From the NCBI RefSeq assembly GCF_004010195.1, contig NC_057751.1, positions 14,986,373 to 15,050,372 of the forward strand: 64,000 nucleotides of DNA, read 5' to 3'. The notes beneath the pieces were generated by a model. The model did not search any database. It worked only from the letters and a program-made list of their open reading frames with translations, and was not told the origin of the DNA. How positions within the stretch are numbered: the first letter of the stretch is position 1; every line of letters begins with the position of its first letter. A program made the position numbers and the translations under genes. Source of the DNA: Chiloscyllium plagiosum. Its lineage: Eukaryota. Positions 1 to 12,329 of the stretch are shown piece after piece.

Positions 1-189
1 ACCGGCCAGTGCAGCGGACAGCTGGAACTGACAACCGGAAGTGGCAGGTACAAATCACTATAAATGCCGGAGGAAACATCACAGAAGCGCTTCACAGGAG
101 GCTCCCAAGCACTGAGGATGTCACCTCGACAGGGGATGAAACGTCTGCAACACAAATTCCCAGCTCGGCGAACAGAACCACAACAACAA
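1..189 (+). mobile_element. Short Penelope-like repeat (family B) with minimal hammerhead motif at 109-148
   Basis: Near-identical to the arms at 23851-24222; gca-CTGAGGA-stem II-GAAAC-GTC-tgc. Confidence 0.7.
109..148 (+). ncRNA. Minimal type I hammerhead ribozyme motif (sense in an IKBKB intron)
   Basis: GCA/TGC helix I, CTGAGGA core, gtc-a-cct-cgac-agg-g-gat helix II, GAAA, palindromic ACGT helix III, GTC cleavage triplet. Confidence 0.65.
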
Positions 190-1344
190 TGGTAATTGCC
201 AGTAATTCAACAAACATAATTCCAATTAAAGTCAAGGAGAAGTGATTCGATTCCTTATTATTAGACATTGTCATTGCTTTTTTGAGTGTCTTCATACCAC
301 ACTTAGTCAAATGCTGACCTGATGTCAAGGGTAGTCACTCTCACTCCATGTCTAGAATTTAGCTCTTTTGTCCATATTTCGACCTATCGTGGAGTGAAGG
401 ATGGATATGAGTGACTGAACTGTCATTTAACTGCCCAGTCTGAAAAGCTTTCTAACATACTCCTATGTTACATTTCATTCTTCCTCGGTGCTATTATCCC
501 CAGTTTGGTGTTCTCGACTTATTTTCCCACATTGCCAATATTTTGTATGAACAGTTAGCAGAAATGATGGATTGGGGAAGAGAAAATCAAATGTTTTTAA
601 GGCCATGATGAATTTTCTTTCCTGTCAGCTGTTGGTAGTATTATCTTGGATATTTATTTCAATTTCCAGGTTAATCTAAGAGTGTTGGCAATCTTACTCT
701 CGACTCTAAGCCCTCTGATGTTCGCTCCCAGTTCCCAGGCACTGTGTGCTAACTTAGAGATAAATCTTCGCCTGCAGTTTTTGTGCAGAAACAATGAGTA
801 CCTCAGGGCTGCATCCTGTTTATAACAAGAATGTTATTAACATTGGACTTTTATTCATAAATGTTTTGGAAAACATAATGCCACTCAGTAAAGTAAAAGA
901 AAAAGCAATCGGTGTGTGGATGTTATAGGCTAAATGTGGGGGATTTCAGGCTAGGGGGATTAAAACAGAGAAATAAGATTTGATGCAAGAGAGAAAAGTT
1001 TTTATGCAGAAGTTTGTGAGGCTGCGAAATAGGTCTGCTATTGAAGCTGCCGTCAATAAACATTCAGAAATATGATATTGGAGAAAAAAGCGGATAAAGG
1101 GATATGGGAACACTGAAATGACATGGATTAGTTGTTCCTATGTTGAAAGTGATAAAGTTATACTCTTTTTAATCACACTTTCAGGGTCACTGGATGACCT
1201 CAAGGCTGCGATTTGAGAGTTTTCTCTGCAGATCTGAGTTGTTTTCACCACTGTAAAGTCAAAGATGTCAAGTCACCACGATTAAAGTCAAAGATGTGTA
1301 CTGCACAGAAACCCTTTGGCCCAACTCATTCATGCCAACCATAT

Positions 1345-2445
1345 TTCATTGAACATAGAACATTTCAGTGCAATACAGACCTTGTGGCTCTTGATGCTGC
1401 ACCGACTTGTGGAACCAATCTGAACCTCATCTAACCTACATGATTCCATTCTCATCCATATGCCTATCCAATGACCATTTAAATGCCCTTAAGTTGGCGA
1501 GTCTAATACCATTGCAGGCAGTGCATTCCACGCCCCTACTACTCTCTGAGTAAAGAAACTACCTCTGACATATGTCCTATATCTATCACCCCCTCAATTT
1601 AAAGCTATGTTCCCTTCCGTTAATCATCGCCATCTGAGGAAAAAGGTTCTCACTGTCCAACTTATCTAACCCTCTCATTATCTTATATGTCTCAATTAAG
1701 TCACCTCTCAACCTTCTCTCTAACGAAAACAGCCTCAAATCCCTCAGCTTTTCCTCGTAAGGCCTTCCCTCCATGCCAGGCAACATCCTAGTAATCTGCA
1801 ATCATTGTTTTTACCTGACATCCTAGTGAGTCTCCTCTGAATCTTTTCCAAAGCTTCCACATCCTTCCTATAATGTGGTGACCAGAATTGTACACAATAC
1901 TCCAAATGTGGTCGCAACAGAGTGATGTACAGCTGCAGCATGATCTCATGATTCCGAAACTCAATCCATCTACCAATAAAAGCTAACACATCACATGCTT
2001 TTTTCACGACCCAGTCAACCTGGGTGGCAACTTTCAGGGATCTATGTACCTGGGCACAGAGATCTCTCTGCTCATCTACACTACCAAGAATCTTCGTCAT
2101 TATTCACAACTCTACTGACCTTACTGTAATCCGCAAATTTATTCACCCATCCTTCTATGCCCTTATCCAGGTCATTTATAAAAATGACAAACAACAGGGG
2201 ACCCGAAACATCCTTGCGGTACCCCATAGTAAATGAACTCCAGGATGAATATTTCTCCTCAGCCACCACCCTCTGTCTTCTTTTGGCTAGCCAATTTCTG
2301 ATCCAAACCGCTAAATCACCCTCAATTCCATGCCTCCTTATTTTGTGCCATAGCCTAATCAAACAGCTCACTGAAGTCCATATATACCACATCAACTGCA
2401 TTACTCTCATCTACCTGTTTGGTCACCTTCTCAAAAATTTTCTGA
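1345..2445 (-). mobile_element. CR1-type LINE 3' fragment (RT C-terminus and 3' UTR)
   Basis: Minus-strand ORFs with GPLLFVIFINDLD, KFADYSK, RPHLEYCVQFWSP, LRGDLIETYKIM; frameshifted. Confidence 0.9.
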
Positions 2446-2500
2446 GCTGAACAAGTCCTATTTGTCTGTGTTTGGCTATATCCTTCTTAAACCTTTCCTG

Positions 2501-2729
2501 GGTAAAAACAATGACTGCAGATGCTGGAAACCAGATTCTGGATTAGTGGTGCTGGAAGAGCACAGCAGTTCAGGCAGCATCCGAGGAACAGTAAAATCGA
2601 CGTTTCGGGCAAAAGCCCTTCATCAGGATGCGGTATTCCTGACGAAGTGCTTTTGCCCGAAACATCGATTTTACTGCTCCTCGGATGCTGCCTGAACTGC
2701 TGTGCTCTTCCAGCACCACTAATCCAGAA
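2501..2729. mobile_element. Inverted pair of short Penelope-like elements (family A) with hammerhead motifs
   Basis: Arms approx. 2536-2628 and 2637-2729 are reverse complements; CTGATGA-a-gggc-tttt-gccc-GAAAC-GTC on the minus strand; aacctttcc duplicated at 2490-2498 and 2728-2736. Confidence 0.75.
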
Positions 2730-3670
2730 CCTTTCCACATACCTGTCCAAATGTCTTTTAATTGTTGTAACTGTACCTGCCTCTACCACTTCTTCAGGGA
2801 GCTCGTTCCATATATGCACCACTTTCTGTGTGAAAAAGCTGCCCCTCAGGTCCTTGTTAAATCTTTCTCCTCTCATCCTAAATCCATGCCCTTTCGGTTT
2901 GGATTCCCCTATGCTGGGGAAAAGACCTTGGCTATTCACCTCATCTGTGCCCCTCATGATTTTACAAACCTCAATATGGTCTTCAAAAATTCAATCAAAT
3001 TTGTGAGACACAATATCCCCTGCACAAAGCCACACTGACCATCCCTTTTCAAATGCATGTAGATCCTTTCTCTCAGATACCCCTCCAACAACTTACCCAT
3101 CACTGACATGGGGCTCACCACTCAGTTGTTCCCTGACTTTTTCTAAAGGCCTGTCTTCAATAATGGCATAACATTAGCCACCCTCCAGCGTTCTGGCACC
3201 CCACCCATGGCTATCGATGATAAAAATATCTCCGCTTAGGGGCCTTGCTTATTCTTCCCTAGCTTCCCGTTATGACCTAGGATACACTTGATCAGGTCTC
3301 AGGGATTTATCGACCTTCATGTGTTTTATGACTTCCAGCACCTTTTCTTCTGTGATGTGGACTCTTCTTTTTGAAACAGCATTTTTAATTCCCCAAATCC
3401 TTCGCTTTCAAGTCTCTGTCCAAGGTAAATACGGATGAAAAATATTTGTTTAGGATGTCACCCATCTCCTCTGGTTCCACACATCGATGGCTTTGCTGAT
3501 CTTTAAGGGGCCCTATCCTCTCCTGAATTACTCTTTTGCCTTTAATATACTTGGATAATCTTTTCAATTCTCCTTTGCCCTGTCTGCCAAAGATACTGCA
3601 AGTCCCTTTTTTGCTCTCCTGAAATCCCTCTTAAGTGTACTCCTACACCCTGTATAATCCTCAAGCAGTT
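2730..3670 (-). mobile_element. CR1 LINE fragments (rearranged)
   Basis: GHGFRMRGERFNKDLRGSFFTQKVVHIWNELPEEVVEAG and IGPLKDQQ..EMGDILNKYFSSVFT motifs. Confidence 0.85.
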
Positions 3671-3934
3671 CACTTGATGTAATCATTGGAGACCATCCAC
3701 TCATCTTGCCTCAGCTAGATTTTGTAAAACGTTAGCCTAGGTGGTACCAAATCATCTGCTTTTCCTCATGTTCAACTCCCTGTCCAATGCACACTTAAAA
3801 TTAATTGTGGAATCAACTTCCACCACCTTTTCAGGTAGAATATTTCAAATGCTAACAATTCTGAGTGAAAACCTTTCTCCTCATCTCCTCTGTTGATCTT
3901 ACTTTTACCACTGATTTTAATTTTTAATTTTACT

Positions 3935-5480
3935 GATGCCAGTCTTCAGCCACTTTGATGCACTCCACGTGATATCAAGAAGCAGTTGGAGGCACTGGAT
4001 ACTGCAAAGGCTGTGGGCCCTGACAACATTCTGGCAATAGTACTGAAGACTTGTGCTCCAGAAATTGCCACACCCCTAACCAATCTGTTCCAATACAGCT
4101 ACAACACTGTCATTTATGTGACAGTGTGGAAAACTGCCCAGCTATGTCCAGAAAAGCAGGATAAATCCAACCCAGAAATTGTTGCTCCATCAGTCTGCTC
4201 TCACACATCAGGAAAGTATGGTGTCATCAACAGGACCTGACCTCTCAGCTCGTGACCTCATTATAGTCTTGGTTCAAACATGGATAAGAGAGCTGAATTC
4301 CAGAGGTAAGGTGAGAGCAGCAGCACTTGACGTCAAGGCCATATTTGACAGAGAGAGATATTAGGGAGTCCCAGCAAAACTGATATCAATGGGAATGAGG
4401 GGGGAAACTCTCTGCTGGTTCCAGTCGTACCGAGCACATAGCAAGATGGTTGTGATTGTTAGAGGTCAGTCATTCCAGCTGCAGGGCATTTCTCCATGAG
4501 TTCTTTGGGAGGGTGTACCAGGCCCAACTATCTGCAGCTGCTTATTCAATGACCTTCCCTAAAGTATGGATGTTCACCGATTGCGCAATATTCAGCATGA
4601 TTCGCAACTCCTCAGATACAGAAGCAGTGCATGTTCAAATGCAACAAAACCTAGATAATAGCCCGGCTTGGCTCGCAAGTGACAAGTAGTATTCATGCTG
4701 CACAAATGCAAGGCAATAACCATCTCCAGTCAGAAAAAATCTAACCACTGCTACTTGACATTCAGTGGTGCTACCATCACTGAATTCCTTGCTATCAATA
4801 TCCTGGGGGTTACCATTGTCTAGTAATTTAACCAGATTTGCCATATAAATAGAGTCCGCTATAAATAGATTTGCCATATAAATAAATAGGAGCAGGTCTG
4901 CTGCTGGAAATCCTGGAGCGAGTAACTCACCATCTGACTCCCCAAAACATGTGCCACGGAGATGGTGGACAAGTCAGAAGTGTGACAGAAGACTCCCCAC
5001 TTGCCTGGATGAGTGCAGCTCCAAACAACATTTATGAAGATCAGCACTATCCAGGACAAAGGCGCCCACTTGATCCACAAGCATTTAGTCCGTCCACTAC
5101 CGATGCTCAATTCACACTGCTGCTACTATCTACAAGATATACTGCAGAAATTTGCCAAAGATCCTTAGACAGCATCTTCCAAGCCCTCAGCCGTATCCAT
5201 TTCGAGGAAGAAAGGCAACAGATACATAGGAACACCACCCCCTGCAAATTCCCCTGCAAGTTCCCCTCCGAGCCATTCACCATCCTGCTTTGGAAATGTA
5301 TCGTTGTTTCTTCACTGTTGCTGGGTTAAAATCCTGGAACTTCCTCCCTAACACCACTGTGTGGGAGTCCCTCCACTATGTGGACTGCAGTGGTTCAAGA
5401 AGCAGCTAACCCACCTTCTCAAGGGCAACTAGGGATAAGCACTAAAGATGGCTAGCCCATGTCCGATAAGTGAACAAAAT
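3935..5480 (+). mobile_element. Second LINE family (CR1/L2 clade) 3' portion, degraded
   Basis: KAVGPDNI..LKTCAPEIATPL and ALDVKAIFDR RT motifs; 3' tail aagggcaactagggat shared with other copies and with the second SINE family. Confidence 0.8.
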
Positions 5481-5732
5481 TCTCACATCATCTTGAAATC
5501 CTCTAAACTTTGTCCACTCCAAGCAGAGGTTTCAAAACTTGCCCAATCTCTTCTCAGGACTGAGGTCTCTCATTCTTGGGAATATCTTGGCAAACCTCCA
5601 AACTAAGGCCTTCACATCTTTACTGAAGTGTGGCCTGGAATTGTCCACAATACACCAGCTGAGGCCTGTGATCTATCAAGTTTGCTTTTGTTGACCTTGC
5701 AGATTGGGCTAACTCCATTTTAATTTATCCAG

Positions 5733-5850
5733 GTTGAATCATGTCAACGTGGTGGCAGCACGAGATGTTCCCGAGGGAATGCAGAAACTTGCCCTCAATG
5801 ACTTACCTTTGTTGGGAATGGAATATTGTGAGGGAGGAGATCTTCGCAAG
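5733..5850 (+). CDS. IKBKB: IKK-beta coding exon (approx. exon 4), kinase N-lobe; upstream exons lie outside the window
   Basis: ccag|G..AAG|gt; encodes [39 protein letters not shown], matching the IKK kinase domain. Confidence 0.96.
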
Positions 5851-5946
5851 GTTCGTACTGCGCTCCGCGAGTCGCTGTCCTATGCTGTTAATGTTCATTG
5901 TGTCACTGTGAGTGATGTGGAGTGTTGGCAGGTCTGTACTTTCCAG

Positions 5947-6240
5947 TTTTTTTTTCCTTCTTTCATTCCTCTTGTCCCTTCGCTTTCTGCTTCCTCCTTT
6001 TCTCTTTCCCTGCCCTTCTCTTTCCTTCGCCTCCTCCCTCTCTTTCCCTGTTCCTCTCCCTTCCTTCCTTTCTTTTACCTCCTTCCATTGCTCTGTACTT
6101 CATGCCCTTCCTCCTCTTTCTTCCTTTCTTTAGCTACCTCCCTCAATCCCTTTTTCTGACCATCACTCTCTTTTTCCCTCCCTTTGTTTTTCCTTTCCTC
6201 TCTCTCACTGTTCTTCTTCCTGTCACCATTTCTTAACTTC
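5947..6240. repeat. Pyrimidine-rich (C/T) low-complexity tract
   Basis: About 290 bp almost entirely C/T on the + strand. Confidence 0.9.
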
Positions 6241-6807
6241 ACTGCTTTGGGTTGGGTTGGTGCTTGGCAAAGCTCGTGGTCTTTCCGGAGTGCTAATGTT
6301 CCAGATTTGGTTGGGGAAAATGACAGTGTGGAAAATAGTGCCTGCTGATGGGCAAGTCATAGGATATTGCTAGATTGGGAATTGTGATCACATCTGTCCG
6401 AGGAAGAGATAAAAGGAAAATGAGTTTTCGAAAGACCTAACTGTATAAGACTTCAGAAACTTCACAGCTTGTTTATACAAAGATTTCTTTGTTATTTGTG
6501 TGATATAATTCATGGATGTGGGTTGCCTCCCTGATAACACTGGGGATGTGAGTTGTAGATTGGAGCGCGTTCAACTCTGTCCTTCAGTATGACTGTTTTG
6601 TTCAGAATCTTACATGTGTGTAATTTTGATTCTCTTCTCTTTGTGGGGAACACTCTTTGACAAAATTACTCTGAACCCCTCATCACTGTGATTATCTGAA
6701 GTGACCGCTCAACTAGTTAAACACCTCACTGCCTTCATGAGCCACGTTGTTTCCTATTCTTTTGTGTATTGTCCACATTCTAACTTTACTTTGTCTTGTT
6801 GTTCCAG

Positions 6808-6877
6808 TTTCTGAATAAATTTGACAATTGTTGCGGGATGCGTGAGAGTTCAGTGCTAACTCTTCTCACAGACATTG
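6808..6877 (+). CDS. IKBKB: IKK-beta exon (approx. 5)
   Basis: ttccag|..|gtgagt; FLNKFDNCCGMRESSVLTLLTDI; phases match the neighbouring exons. Confidence 0.94.
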
Positions 6878-9684
6878 GTGAGTATAGCAAGTGTTAAGGT
6901 TCAGCACTGGGCTGCACTCTGAGAAAGGGGTTACAAAGATTGTTGACGGCTTTGTATTATCCTGATTGCTCACTAATCTCAAGAAAGAACTCTCACTACG
7001 GCCTGATATCAGGGATAAAGCATTAAAATACATGAAGAGATTGCATAGATTTGGCTTGTATTCCCTCAATTATAGACTACTCCTTAAGGTAATTCAAGTA
7101 TTCCAGATGATTGAAGGATTTAATAAGTTAGTTAAAAAGAACCCGGTTTCTTCTGATAGTAAGAGTCCAGTAAGGGGCAGAACTTTAAAATTAGAGGGAT
7201 TCAGAGGTAATATTAGTCACACAAAAGGGAGTGTAAGTAAAAGGTTGTTGGGGAGAGTCACTTTTCAGTATTCAGGAATAAGAAACCAAGACAGATAAAT
7301 TGAATTAAAATCAGCTGGGATCTAATTAGGTTACATAACAAGCTCATGGGCTGAATGGCCTCCTGTGTTCCTGTGCCACACCAGTTATTGGGCTGGCTGA
7401 TTATAGAAGATATGATGCATCATTGAGCTGTCAGCTCTCTTTGCTCGCAGTGAGGTGAGGTGGTGGGTGTGGGGTGGGGAGGCATCTGAATGCGTCCACA
7501 TTTAAAAATACTTATTTGAATCTTACACTTCCCGGATGTTGCCAGCTCAGCCCTGTGGTCATGGTATGGGCTCATACATACGCACCCTAACTGTCCCACA
7601 AGAGCAGCCCTTTCTTTCTTCCCCCTCAATTGGCCATGATATCATGCAGCGTAATCTTTTGAAGTGACTTTTCACCTAATTGTCCCTTTTTCCTGATGCC
7701 AACTTGTGTTAACTGGATCAGCGCTGCCCTCGTTCCCTGATAGTGAATTTATCCGTTAATTTGGTTTCCTCTCAGTCAGTCAAGCCGTAGCTCATATGTC
7801 AAAAGATGTAACTATGACTCTAATTGCAGGAGAATGGAGTCACGTTGAAGAATTATTAATGGGAGGAAGGAGGTTGTGACTGTTGTCTCATTTCCTTCTT
7901 CCTGCAATAGAGTATAGGAGCTGAGAAACTCACGTTGCCGTTCGCTGTTACTCACTGAAGCTGATACTTACTGATTACCAGACAAACTTCTGTCTCTGCT
8001 AAATGTGCTGCCACTCACATTCCGGTTTTCACTGCCTGTATCCAGGTCTTTTCCAGTTTGTTATTTACATCATCAATTGAATACGAACAAATATTCTCTT
8101 CTTCTCCAGCCTCTGTGCTCTCCTCAATCATATTATGCCAGGGATAAAGTCCGTCCATTGAAGAGAACCATAGAATGGTTAAAGCACAGAAGGCAGGTAA
8201 TTAGTACATGCCGACTCTCTGTCAGAGCATTTCCTCTACATAAGTTCCTCCAATTTCCTCTGCACATTTCTTCCCCTGTAAGACAATTATCCAATTCTCT
8301 TTTGAAAGCCAGAATCATACCTGCCACCATCACGCTGTCGGGCATTGTCGATCATAACCTCTCACTGCATCAAAAAAAAAGTTCTTTCATTTTGGTTATT
8401 GATTCTTCCACGATGGGATCAGTATCTTCTGTTTCCTCTGTCCAGGCCCCTACAACTTAAACAGCTCGATTAAATTACTTCTTAATCTTAATCTTTGCTT
8501 CTCTTAAAGGAAATAAGTCCAACATCATTTGAAGCCAAGAAGCCATATCCATGATCTTGCAGCCAGTTCCTCACTAAGCTGTACTTCACTTCAGATGTTG
8601 ATAGGGCATAACTTTGGCAGACAGTAAATCTAAATCCCTCTATCATCTTCCCACATCAGGATGGTAACTGACCAGCACAACTTGCATTTATATCATGTCG
8701 TTAAAACAGCAACATGCTCAAAATGCATCACATGGAGAATTATCAAACAGACGTTGACTCTGGACCACATCAGAAAATGTTAGGACCAAATATTTTGCTG
8801 AAGAGCTGGGAGGAAAAAGAGGTGAAGAAGTTCAGGGAGAAAATTTGAAATCTTAGGATTATAGCAACTGAAGGCATGTCTACTATCGTGAATCAAGAAT
8901 GTGAAGTCGCCTGAAATGGCGAAGTAGAGATCTTTTGAAAAGTTGTGGGGCTGAAGGGAATGATACAGTTGTGGGGGAAAGGAAGTAGTGGGGCAGGAGG
9001 ATGGCATGCGATAAATGCTGCAAACATGGAAATGACAAGGTCAATCAGGAGAATTTTTAAATGATGTGAACAATGGGTTTTACAGGGTTTTAATTCAGGA
9101 CAGTGAAACCTTTTGCCCGATGGCACCATATGGGCATGAACCCATGAGCCATCTCCATCCCAGCCTCTGCCTAATTTCTAGACATCCTGTGATACTGATA
9201 CTTGATCTCAATATGATGAACTACACTAGATATATTTTTCTTAAGTAAAGGTACGAAAGGATATGGGCCAAAGATTGATATATGGAGCTAGGCTACTGAT
9301 CAGCCATAATTTTACTGACTGATGAAATAGGCTTAAGGGGCTGAAAAGCCAACTCTTGTTTTATTGATCCTGACATTGTCAGACTCAGTAGTATCTTTGA
9401 AAAGGAAGTTGAATAAATACTTGTGAAATAATTGCAGGTTTATGCGAAAACTGCAGGGTAGTGGGTCTAACAGGATGACTCTTTGAAGGAGTTAGTGTAG
9501 GGTGACCCAAATGACCACCTGTACAAAAAAACAGTTGAAGGTGGAGGTTTCCACTGTTTGACATCCTGCACTCAATGAGCTCAAGCAGGAGGTTGTGCAA
9601 TGATTTCAGCAGAAAGGGTGGGTTGTATTTGGGACTGTATGCTCTGCCTGATGTTTTAACTGTTGCGAGTCTTTGGTGTTTTAG

Positions 9685-9773
9685 CTTCTGCTCTCAGGTA
9701 CTTGCATGAAAACAGAATCATCCATCGTGATCTGAAGCCAGAGAATATCGTTCTACAGCAAGGAGAACAGCGG
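9685..9773 (+). CDS. IKBKB: IKK-beta exon (approx. 6), catalytic loop
   Basis: tttag|..|gtgagt; [30 protein letters not shown] (HRDLKPEN catalytic loop). Confidence 0.97.
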
Positions 9774-10852
9774 GTGAGTGACACTTGGGTCAGTGTTGGT
9801 GGAACAGCCTTCAGTTGTTTTGGAGCAGAAAAGCAGCTCCACCAATGTTTAGATTAGTGGAAGTGTTGCTTGTTTTAATACTTTGGTACCTGGTATGATA
9901 ATTATTTGATCAGCGATAACTGTATATACTGGCTCAGATGTGACATCGTGAATTATCACCCAACAGCTTCTTTAGTTTGGTTGTACTGTTTTATATGCAT
10001 TCATAAGTTCTGTTCGCATTTCTAGCATACCCTTATTTGCTCTGAAAAGGTGGTGGTGAACTGTTGCCGCCTTGCTAGTGCACATCAGAGAGAAATTCAG
10101 ACTCGATCACCTTATTATGGACCTAGGGTCACGTGTGGGCCTGACAATATAAGGCTGACAGATTCCCTCTGCAGAAGGACATATGAACCAATTAGATTTT
10201 TACAATCTGACAGTTTCATTTTTTTTTTACTTTTTAACTTAATGAATTTCTCATTTTCAAATTGGAATTCAAACCCAACTCTTTGCATGACGAATCGAGA
10301 TCTCTTGAATAAATTGAATAATTTATCCATTTCACTGCCATACACATTCATTGTCATTCTTCTTTGTAGAAATAGTATAATTTTGATTTGAGGATGATGT
10401 CAATGTTTCTTTGTACTGTTCTTTCAACCTTTTACACTTCAAAATGGGGGAGGCCATTGAGCCCTTTGACTCTCTTCTGCCATTCAATGAGACCATGGCT
10501 GATCTGTATCCTAACTCCTTTTACTTGACTCAACTCCAAATGCCATGCTTGACCAAAGAATTGTTGATCTCAGATTTAAAATGAAAATTGAGCAAGTATT
10601 TTCTGCTTTTTGTGGACCATGCTGCAGCTTTTTTTTTCTCTCCTCTAATTTTAATGCCAGGTCTCTTCCCCTAGATTTCCTCACCAACCTATCAATCCAC
10701 CCTCTTGATTCCTGTCAAAATCCTAAATCCCTCATTCATGTCTTCAATATTCCAGGAAGAACAAGCTTAATTTATATGATTTCTGTTCATTATCCTACTT
10801 TTGTAGCTCTGGTAACGTCCTGATAAATCTGTGCTGAATCCTTCCACCACAG

Positions 10853-11172
10853 TGGGAGGCAATGGCCTAGTGGTATTATCGCTGAACTGTTAATCCAGAG
10901 ACAAGGAAATATTCTGGGGACCTGGATTCAAAATCCCGCCATGGCAGATGGTAGAATTTGAATTCAATACATGTCCTGAATTAAAAGTCTAACGACCATG
11001 AAATCATTGTTGATCGCTGGTTCAGGGAAAGAAACTACCATCCTTACCAGGTTTGACCTACGTGTGACTCTAGACCAACAGAAAAGCAGTTGACTCTTAA
11101 CTGCCCTCTGGGCAATTAGGGATGGGCAATAAATGCTGCCCTAACCAGCGATGCCCACATCCCGTGAATGAA
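10853..11172 (+). mobile_element. tRNA-derived SINE, family 2
   Basis: A-box-like TGGCCTAGTGG, degenerate B-box, tail gggcaattagggatgggcaataaatg; homologous to 35574-35920. Confidence 0.75.
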
Positions 11173-12329
11173 AAACAATATGTAGAACTGCAGGCAGTAC
11201 TTCCAAGTGTAGTCTGAACAGCTGCAGTATATCTTCATAGACTTTGTTTTCAATCCTCTTATAAAGATTAACATGCTATTAACCTCTTTCATTATTTTCT
11301 GTACCTGACAACTGTATTTTAGTAATCGATGTACATCAATCCCTAAACCTCTTTGGATTCTTACTGATTCTTATTTTTCATTGACAAACCACTTTTATCC
11401 TTTTTTTGGTATAAACTGAATGACCTCACATTTAGTTGGATTGAAATTGCCAATTTACGTAATTCATCAATGTGTTTGTGATTGTAAGTTTCTTCCCGTA
11501 ATGCCTTGACATTTCATTTGAAAGGCAGCACCTCCAATAGGACAGCTGTCCTGAGTGTGTTTCAGCCTGGACAGTGTGTTCAAGTTTCTGGCATGGAACC
11601 TGGACTCAAAATCTCCTGATTTTGCAGTGAGATTGTTCCCCACTGATTTGTACTATTGACATATCTGACAGCTATGAACTCGTGGCACAACTTCTAGTGC
11701 CTCATTGAACATCAGGGGGTGGTCTACCACCATTTCCAAACAACTGCACAAGCTCCAACCTTTTAAGCAAAGTTGCCAGTGGCCAGAGGGTTAAACCCAT
11801 GATTCAGTCCTTTGAGAAAAGGTTCTATCTGCTGGGGAAATGATGTGTGACTTTGATGAATTTTTATTTGGAAGAAGCTGGTTTGTGTTTCTTGTCTTTA
11901 AAACCCAGAGTTGACATTTACGTTTTATCAGTTGTTTGACATTAGTGAAATAGTAAAAGCTGCTTCCCTCAGCACTCAGCTCCCAGGAGTAAAGCCATAA
12001 ATAAAATGTTTCAGTATGGGTTTTGGTAATCTGTAAAATTCATTGGCTCAAAGACGCACATCCTTGATAAGCAAGCAAGATCATTACAGCTAATCCCTAT
12101 TGTTAATTATTTATCCACACTTCCATGACCTCCAATACAATTTTTTCAAATGCCCATTTCACAGTTCTCTAGGGTAATGACAAGCTCAAGTTCTCATTTG
12201 GCCAAAGCCTGGTGCTCTTCCCCTCATACCCTGCTTGGTCTAGTGCACTGCTTACATGGTCCTTCAGGTCTTCCTTGATAAACCTCATTACATTCTTTAA
12301 GAAGTAATAGGAAGAGCAGATAAGGGTAA

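Noticed and set aside
2487..3038. Long overlapping ORFs on both strands (156-161 aa)
   Set aside because: Artefacts of the palindromic element inserted into a CR1 tail.
4834..4884. Direct repeat agatttgccatataaata with a short spacer (CRISPR-like look)
   Set aside because: Only two copies within a decayed LINE in a vertebrate genome; a local duplication.
5851..6236. Phe/Leu/Ser/Pro-rich ORF extensions that look like membrane proteins
   Set aside because: Translation of the intronic pyrimidine tract.
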